A stretch of DNA of 32,889 bases from a virus (lineage: Duplodnaviria > Caudoviricetes), in the IMG/VR virus record IMGVR_UViG_3300017784_005996, positions 1-32,889 of that record. One strand, written 5' to 3'. The notes under the pieces are model-generated. The model worked only from the letters and a program-made list of their open reading frames with translations, did no database searches and had not been told where the DNA came from. The translations under genes and the position numbers were made by a program. Below, one piece after another: positions 28,001 to 32,889 of the stretch (the first letter of the stretch is position 1; the number at the start of each line of letters is the position of its first letter).

Positions 28001-31000
28001 ATAAGTTACAACTCCAAATTCATCTGTTGTTGAAGGTTTTACTATTCCCTCAACAAATACTAAATCACCAACTTCAAATGGTGGAATAGTATATCCAGTG
28101 ATTGGTGGAGTTCTTATAATACATTCAACAATTCCATTAGTTGCACTAGTAATTTGTTCTATTGAAATTCCATTGCTGTTATTAATAGTAAAAATTTGAT
28201 GATTTACTGATTCCAAACCTGTTGGTTTTTGTATAATATTGACTTGACTAATATTATTTTTACCCACCTGTACCTCAAATAATCCATTAAGTATTTTTTT
28301 TCTAGAAACCAAATTTACCAAATGTAATTCCGGTTTAGATACAATATTCTTTCCACCACTTAGAACTTTAACATTTTCAATTTTTTCATTATCACTTATA
28401 ATGGCAATAGTATCAACCCGAGCATGTGCTCTTAATGATTTATCCGATGGATAATCATATCCATCATTATTAATTTCAATTTTTCCAATTTTTCCAATAG
28501 ACTTTGAATTTAGTTGAGGAATGGAATTTTTTCCAAAACTTTTGGATACAATTTCTAAAATTTTTGGAAGTTTTTTGTAACCATAACCAGAGTTTAAAAT
28601 TTTTATATTTGATATTCCACCTTTTGCAGATTTGGAGATAGTTTCATATTTTAAATATGAACATTCACTTTGCACATATGATAATTTTTGTGGAATATCA
28701 TTTAATGAGATGTGAAAAGATGTACTCCCAACTCCAGAAATTTTATATTCTTGATTGTATAACTCATCAACAAAAGAAATTTGATAATCTTCATCTTTAT
28801 CATTATTAAATACTGGAATTCCATTTTTACTTAGACTGTAATATAGATTCTCTGGCAAATTTTCGCTAAAATTGATAGTTGATTCTGTTACAATTCCGGC
28901 ATTATTGATCTTATTACTAACAGTAAAATTGGAAGTATTTGCGATTGAAACAAAGTTATTATTAAATTGTTTGTCATAGAAAAATTCAAATTTATATCCT
29001 AACAATGAAGAATCTGAAAGATTAAAAACTAAATTATTATTCTTAATTGATAATATTCTTGGATTAATTTGTGATATTTCTTGATTATTTCCACCACTAC
29101 TTCCAATAGAAATAATTGTTGGTGGATTTGATATTGAATCTATATATGTTTCACAAAGTTGAATATTATTACTAGTATTCCTATACACATAATATTCACT
29201 AGTAGTTAAACCACTTATTTTGGTTCCAATTGCTTCATAAAATATTTTTTGACCAGTTTTAAAATTGTGGGAAGGTAAAGTTATAATATTACTAGTAACA
29301 TTAACAGAATTAGAATTAAATCCTATAGGATTAATCAAAAGTTTGTTATAATTTTGTTCATACCTTACTCTTATAGAAGTGGAAGTTCCAATACCAACAG
29401 AAAGATTTGGTTTGATAATAAGATTAATATAATCAGAATCCAGTAAATCGTGGTTTTCAGATGTTGTTATTGTTGCGTCAATTTTTTTAACTGAACCTGA
29501 TATTTGATTGGATATGCTAGAAAAACTATAATTATACTTATTATTACCACTTGTTATAAAAAATAAACCGTTAGTTTGTGTAGTCAAACCTACTTGAGTT
29601 ACTATTCCGATAAAATCTTTGGATTTATTGATTATATGAACATGAGTACCGATCCCTAAAGAAAATTGAGATGAACCAGAAATGTTGGAAACATCGATGC
29701 TAGATCCTCCAGAACTTCCTGAAAATAAAACTCTCTGATTTGTTTTAAATGGATGATTTGGTAAATAAATGCTCTGGGTTGGAATGGATATATCTTTTTT
29801 ATAATCTCCAATATAATACTCACGACTAATAGAAGATCCGGTATCAATACCAACTCCAATAGAAATTGTTGGATTGAAATAAACTATATCATTTAATGAA
29901 GAATCAAAATACTCAGTACTCAAATTAATATCAAAATAATTTGAATATACATTAACTATTGTTGAAGATGTATGTGAAGTGCCAACAGATCCTCTATCAA
30001 TTCTAATAACATTTTGCTCGTTAAATATATTAAGAACTGAACAAGTCTCATTCTCAATAACAATAGAACTGCCAATACTTACAATATCTGGAATATTTGT
30101 AACATATATATCAGTTACTATTCCACTAGATGTCATTGCTTTTGTCAATCTTGTATTTGACCGATTTATCGATGTTTTGTGATTATTTGATAATCCCAAA
30201 ATGTAAGTTGAAATACCAGTTATTTGAACAATATCACCATCTATTAATTCATGATATGGAGATATATGTGCAGAAATTGTATTATTATTTTTCCAAGTAA
30301 ATATTACATTTTCGTAATTTTTAAAAGAAGTTTCTATTTTATTAATTTCTTTTCCATAAATTTTAGAAACCTCTGCATAACATCCACTACCATCCGTTCC
30401 AGTATTATCAAAAGTTAATGAATCTCCAACAGAATAATCTTCACCGGGTTCAATAATATCTATCGAATCAATTTTTCCGGATGTAATAGATTTTATTTTA
30501 GATATTTGTCTTAATTTTTTATTTACTTTTGGTAAAAAATCATTTGCAGAATAATCATTATTTACTCTATATGGAAATGTATTTCTAACTAATATTGAAT
30601 CATTGAAATCAATATTTTGATCTATATAAAAGTTATCTTCAATATTAGATTTATAAAATTCTCCCACAAAATAAGGAAATTCTGGAATAAAATTTCCACT
30701 ATTTGGATCAATTATTATTCCAACATGATATGCATACACACCTTGTGGAAATTCTGGAGTTTTTTCAAATCTACCATTACTCTTATCCAATTGTCCAGAA
30801 TCTTCAAAAGTATAGTCTTCGACAAAAAATCCTTCAGAAAAATCAGATATTGGAGGTCTATTATCTACATTTTCTATATTTAAGGAATATCCAGACTGCA
30901 ATTTAATAATTTCTGAATTAAAATTTCTTGGATCACTATGTCCATATGGTCCATAAATTGGATTGCCGTCTCGGCACCACCCAATAATCTTGGAATGACC

Positions 31001-32889
31001 AGTATTTGTATCCGGATCGGCAAATAAGATTCCTTCTCTTTCGGGCAAATATCCACATACACCATATGCCAAATCACCATTATAATCAGTTAAAATTTGG
31101 TCAGAAAATCTCTCCACATTATTAATAGTTAATTCTCTAACAGAGACATCTAACTTTAAATTTTTACCAGGAACACTTACTTTAATTTGAGTATTTTCAT
31201 CGTACCCAATTCCACCATTAATAACAACTATAGAATTTATTCTTCCTTTTACAATATTGGATCTTAATTCTGCCCCCAATCCAGATCCAAAAATATCTAA
31301 ATTGATGCTGGATGGGTAAAAAGATCCTCCAAGTTGAATTTCAACTGCAACAATTCTACCATTAATTATAATTGGTTTTAACTGAGCACCACTTCCATTT
31401 TTTATCGTTATTGTAGGTTTTTTGTGAAAATTTAGAACATTTGATCCATAGTTAGTTCCAGATTCATACAGATAAGCATCTATAATTTCACCTCTAACTA
31501 CGGGAGTTGCTGTTATTGTACCAATAAATCCAGAATATTCAACTTCCAAATCTACAGAAATTTTTGGATAAGAAAAAATATGATATCCTGTTGGATTTGT
31601 CTCAAACTTAACTGGTTTTCTTCTATTATAATCTGTTTTAGATATTCCAACGTTTATATATCCAGCATCTGAAAGTTGAAAACTATCATTGGTATTTTTT
31701 AAAATATAATATTGTTTAGAAGTTGAAAGACCTGAAATGGGATTTTCAGATTCATGCAAATAATTAATTATTTCCCCATCATTAAATCTGTGATTAATAT
31801 AGTTAATTGCATTTGATATTGTTGAAATTCCAGAAGATTTTACATATAAAGACCTATTGGTGTATCCGGATCCACCATCAAGAACATTTAGTTTAGATAA
31901 TACTTCAATTTCATCATATTCTCTAAATTTATGAATTCCTCCAGTGTTTTCTGTAGTAAATCCAACTGTATTAATTCCACTATTTAAATCTGATTGGGAA
32001 TGATAAAGTTGTATTGCTTTTGTATTCAAAATTTTTGGATAATATACTGATCCGTTTTGCAAATATTTTTCCTGAGAAATATTTGAACCATTGAAAGTTC
32101 CAATACCAAGTTGAGGATTTCCATTGGAATTATAAACTATTTTTTGACCATTTTTTAATTTGTGAAAATCTGAAAAAACAATGGACTCATCAGATATATT
32201 AACTCCTCCACCCATCGTACTTTGGAGTGCGTTAAATTCAATTTCTCTATATTGTGATGACAATACTGGTTCCAAAATTGCTCCAGATCCATTTCCACCA
32301 GATATTTTGGCAGATATAATTCTCTTGATAGAAACTTTTTGTGGATCTACAATTATGTTTTTAACTGATCCACTAACAACAATATTTGCCAATGCAGTTG
32401 TTCCCAACCCAACACTAGAATTGGAAATTATTATTTTTGGTGGATTTATGACATCATAATCAATTCCACTATTAATAATTCTTAAATTTTTTAATGGTCC
32501 ATAAAAAATCTTATCATTAGATTTGTAATTAATGATATCAACACCATTAATAAGTGTTCCAAGAGATCCTGGTTCTGTTAGAGTTTGACTATTAAAATTA
32601 AAATTTTGTTTTATAGGAAATTTAGACAAGGATTTTTTTGGTGCCAAAAGTTTCCCAAATTCGGAAGATAGTGTAAATTTATGGTTTCCTAATTCATAAA
32701 TTTTATCAATTTCTATAAATTCTTCAGTTACAATAAATGACCTTGATGAATATAATCTTATTTTAGTTTTATTGGATAATACTTCAACAAAATATTCTGT
32801 ATTATTTGTTAGTCCAATGATTGGTGTATTTGAAGTATGTGTATAAATTACAGAGTCTCCCGTAATAAATGGGACATTATTTGCAAAAA
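22031..32889 (-). CDS. gp7: Giant baseplate wedge initiator (cyanophage gp7-like), 5' end outside the window
   Basis: The frame stays open upstream of the track's TTG at 32647 to the window edge (FANNVPFITGDSVIYTH...GNHKFTLSSEFGKLLAPKK). Motifs: HSKIIGWCRDGNPIYGPYG, DNDYYQTLAYSVQSPI...VNNLVHPIGTKNFAD, NRVLQVDDIS, STFNGRIYLR, C-terminal GRFSWGRL...YPTIQRR...GLRNTGAI. Directly upstream of gp8. Confidence 0.9.
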   Translation of the reverse strand, partial: FANNVPFITGDSVIYTHTSNTPIIGLTNNTEYFVEVLSNKTKIRLYSSRSFIVTEEFIEIDKIYELGNHKFTLSSEFGKLLAPKKSLSKFPIKQNFNFNSQTLTEPGSLGTLINGVDIINYKSNDKIFYGPLKNLRIINSGIDYDVINPPKIIISNSSVGLGTTALANIVVSGSVKNIIVDPQKVSIKRIISAKISGGNGSGAILEPVLSSQYREIEFNALQSTMGGGVNISDESIVFSDFHKLKNGQKIVYNSNGNPQLGIGTFNGSNISQEKYLQNGSVYYPKILNTKAIQLYHSQSDLNSGINTVGFTTENTGGIHKFREYDEIEVLSKLNVLDGGSGYTNRSLYVKSSGISTISNAINYINHRFNDGEIINYLHESENPISGLSTSKQYYILKNTNDSFQLSDAGYINVGISKTDYNRRKPVKFETNPTGYHIFSYPKISVDLEVEYSGFIGTITATPVVRGEIIDAYLYESGTNYGSNVLNFHKKPTITIKNGSGAQLKPIIINGRIVAVEIQLGGSFYPSSINLDIFGSGLGAELRSNIVKGRINSIVVINGGIGYDENTQIKVSVPGKNLKLDVSVRELTINNVERFSDQILTDYNGDLAYGVCGYLPEREGILFADPDTNTGHSKIIGWCRDGNPIYGPYGHSDPRNFNSEIIKLQSGYSLNIENVDNRPPISDFSEGFFVEDYTFEDSGQLDKSNGRFEKTPEFPQGVYAYHVGIIIDPNSGNFIPEFPYFVGEFYKSNIEDNFYIDQNIDFNDSILVRNTFPYRVNNDYSANDFLPKVNKKLRQISKIKSITSGKIDSIDIIEPGEDYSVGDSLTFDNTGTDGSGCYAEVSKIYGKEINKIETSFKNYENVIFTWKNNNTISAHISPYHELIDGDIVQITGISTYILGLSNNHKTSINRSNTRLTKAMTSSGIVTDIYVTNIPDIVSIGSSIVIENETCSVLNIFNEQNVIRIDRGSVGTSHTSSTIVNVYSNYFDINLSTEYFDSSLNDIVYFNPTISIGVGIDTGSSISREYYIGDYKKDISIPTQSIYLPNHPFKTNQRVLFSGSSGGSSIDVSNISGSSQFSLGIGTHVHIINKSKDFIGIVTQVGLTTQTNGLFFITSGNNKYNYSFSSISNQISGSVKKIDATITTSENHDLLDSDYINLIIKPNLSVGIGTSTSIRVRYEQNYNKLLINPIGFNSNSVNVTSNIITLPSHNFKTGQKIFYEAIGTKISGLTTSEYYVYRNTSNNIQLCETYIDSISNPPTIISIGSSGGNNQEISQINPRILSIKNNNLVFNLSDSSLLGYKFEFFYDKQFNNNFVSIANTSNFTVSNKINNAGIVTESTINFSENLPENLYYSLSKNGIPVFNNDKDEDYQISFVDELYNQEYKISGVGSTSFHISLNDIPQKLSYVQSECSYLKYETISKSAKGGISNIKILNSGYGYKKLPKILEIVSKSFGKNSIPQLNSKSIGKIGKIEINNDGYDYPSDKSLRAHARVDTIAIISDNEKIENVKVLSGGKNIVSKPELHLVNLVSRKKILNGLFEVQVGKNNISQVNIIQKPTGLESVNHQIFTINNSNGISIEQITSATNGIVECIIRTPPITGYTIPPFEVGDLVFVEGIVKPSTTDEFGVVTYPGDGFNSIDHGYNFFKVVEFINTDPAILKYDISEYTLTPGKIPAEFSAFSPSQFTAITNIKNYPIFQLTQIIDNFVDNENIIINGNVSNALVKKSSNNSLNIFNPNNSLKNYDIIRGVSSGAIAKISRVFNYDNVRYTIDSTNKKELGWKTDIGKLNTDLQVTADNDYYQTLAYSVQSPIEYINFVDYVNNLVHPIGTKNFADVGITSSARSSIGSSETLLTTLDFVQEKRIDTIDNFDLVFDYNTVGDSSTLIKFKNKKLSDFIECLSNRVLQVDDISNSFSSSEFNKDTFLDGYEYPLTDFYSKFLVQVCDTEQESYQLSEIIVINDYNTTYTMNKLDLYNNESLGSFSGEIGPVGDPVLRFNPSDPYNKGYELKIYRESFDPGTKNVGVGFTDYGFVRLSGKTEKLVPGVGISTTMFRGLLNQFNTIFSSSLIIDTDNNKLNYYEVIGYHDGVTPNIAEFYFDSEQSISGLSGSYIGTFGLNVSGGILNLSFFSNKNNNIVVKTKTVGFGTTAGGIGTYRYLVDDQIPGTEQTTRLESDYKVITGITTIKTFDSSVESSLKSLIRVGIGSTVALHQVSVIANQVSNNIQHYPFISIGSTSGIGTFSTEVQGLNVSVKFHPDSQFQNSQILVQSFDQFIYSSLDEFNIPDELLYGTSKEKFSINKYGSINNFGKDRLNFDLNYDRIPIFQKTFNPTSLSTLNKATGIFTINNHFFQNNEELIYTPDSTLIGIAASSVGIGTTIVGGNSIEGDFIIGFSTITGISNIDGIVVGNQISGKSITNNTTIVSIGQTYSYFIGNVSSGSSVITGIANTSILTVGAGIFSGNNNSLGTIYNIGINSITASAPIAAGGSNRIYYTNTLKSSLTLSNVSVASTFREIYTVGILTDICPSKVYAIKIDENNFKLKGVSGPSGIGFTFTSIGSGNYHRLEMKKKNEKSLITVNGVNQYPLTYTPLVGILTGNIGNLVSIGASFIGLSGISSIMSSDIIKVEDEYMTISNVGFGTTTTGPITGIGTIPIIQIERGKFGSTESNHYDGSNFRIYKGSYNIVGNEIWFADAPDGKANNDRLLSTYLLSPKSTFNGRIYLRKDYTNNQIYDDISNNFTGIARTFTLYKEGNTVSNAVGGNNLVFINDIFQTPDTVNNDGNNYEILNSGISSVSFTSTKGLLENPNTILIVENDVNQNLVPRGGLIVSLASTGGIGYAPLVGVSSTMLDVRIGAGGSISYIGFTSSIIVGIATTGTIGVTSDRITGIATLSVRVNQKITDILSTQRSGDIIPNITKILPFDTRVSSIGIGTVFLNKSSTNASSISTSFGFDIGPIYGSGYNKSTISIGITDSNHTGTQAILSATIGAGGSITSFNINNGGTGYVSPLVSISDPSYENLSIQPISRIGVNNPNTLGVGLSITLDIGPNFKNVGIGTSYFAIKSFEIKKPGYGFQLGDTFSLVGLVTDSRLASPIEKLIFTVDDVKSDSFASWQLGEFDFIDSTKDLQNSVRKRFPLFKNGELLSFEKNIGNNESQKIDYNTLLLIYINGVMQEPSISYQFNGGTSFIFTEAPRYEDNIAIFFYRGTAGVDSKETDIIPTIKPGDTVQIKRNPEIITTISQSPRIASYIASSDILETGIYLEEGIDEINFKPISWTKQKTDLIINDVIQYKERDSLESLIFPTAKIIKSIDSSSTDIFLDNAQFFNYEENSGGESINKFDALVILGNEPTFADITTNVSVGGTTISSLTINNGGSGYNYVGAGSSVQLKLRSIVGLGGSDAIIYAPISTAGTITTPINIVSSGYGYTSSNVPEVIAPTPSPSKELISNITFVQGFSGIITGITTSAGIGTDLAIQFYVKYDQNDAGSVSDLLSDSQYPILVFDSKVGKGTTSIDKLDNVVVGVGTTFVDNIYYVHSVYLNNLVGIITCNIHSKTDCVGIGSTFGSQICGRFSWGRLSSFARLSSSPLSINLSSYNTNSGLTSYPTIQRRNYGLRNTGAIVKDIN

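Noticed and set aside
1286-31080. Short alternative-frame minus-strand ORFs (e.g. 1286-1492, 8304-8486, 8658-8858, 8916-9128, 21467-21739)
   Set aside because: Nested out of frame in conserved genes with no evidence of independent coding. The three in the 541-aa gene are explained by its biased codon content.
2730-32459. Numerous + strand ORFs (e.g. 2730-3101, 7594-7938, 14817-15251, 18255-18608, 19215-19514, 32181-32459)
   Set aside because: All lie antisense within well-supported minus-strand genes and show no recognisable motifs. They are expected shadow ORFs.
32645-32647. TTG start assigned to the 3538-aa ORF
   Set aside because: The frame is open to the window edge with gp7-like repeat sequence, so the true start is outside the window.
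1-32889. CRISPR array, tRNA, DGR template/variable repeat pair, invertible segment
   Set aside because: No DNA-level repeat arrays, cloverleafs, reverse transcriptase or recombinase seen, and intergenic gaps are too short. A computed self dot-plot would be needed to exclude distant repeats fully.

Overview
AT-rich segment of a T4-like myovirus, most likely a cyanophage (Kyanoviridae-type). It covers the virion morphogenesis module and all genes are on the minus strand. In transcription order: giant baseplate wedge initiator gp7 (5'-truncated, more than 3600 aa in the window), gp8, a VrlC/DUF4815-like structural protein, a 65-aa coiled-coil ORF, a disrupted 56-codon ORF missed by the ORF track (NblA-like by my reading), a 114-aa virion protein, neck gp13 and gp14, gp15, terminase small subunit gp16, a 541-aa modular protein, terminase gp17, an enlarged tail sheath gp18, tail tube gp19, portal gp20, two small ORFs (55 and 88 aa) and the start of prohead protease gp21. 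T4-type late promoter boxes (TATAAATA, AATAAATA, CTAAATA) precede several genes. The most interesting items are: (1) the gp16-gp17 intervening protein, which looks like a chain of short modules separated by Glu-terminated, gp21-type cleavage-like junctions and carries an internal motif resembling the T4 capsid-targeting sequence; (2) the NblA-like pseudogene; (3) nested and circularly permuted repeat domains shared among sheath, VrlC and gp7. I saw no tRNA, rRNA, CRISPR array, intron, intein or mobile element. All family assignments are from motif recognition and synteny, not database searches.
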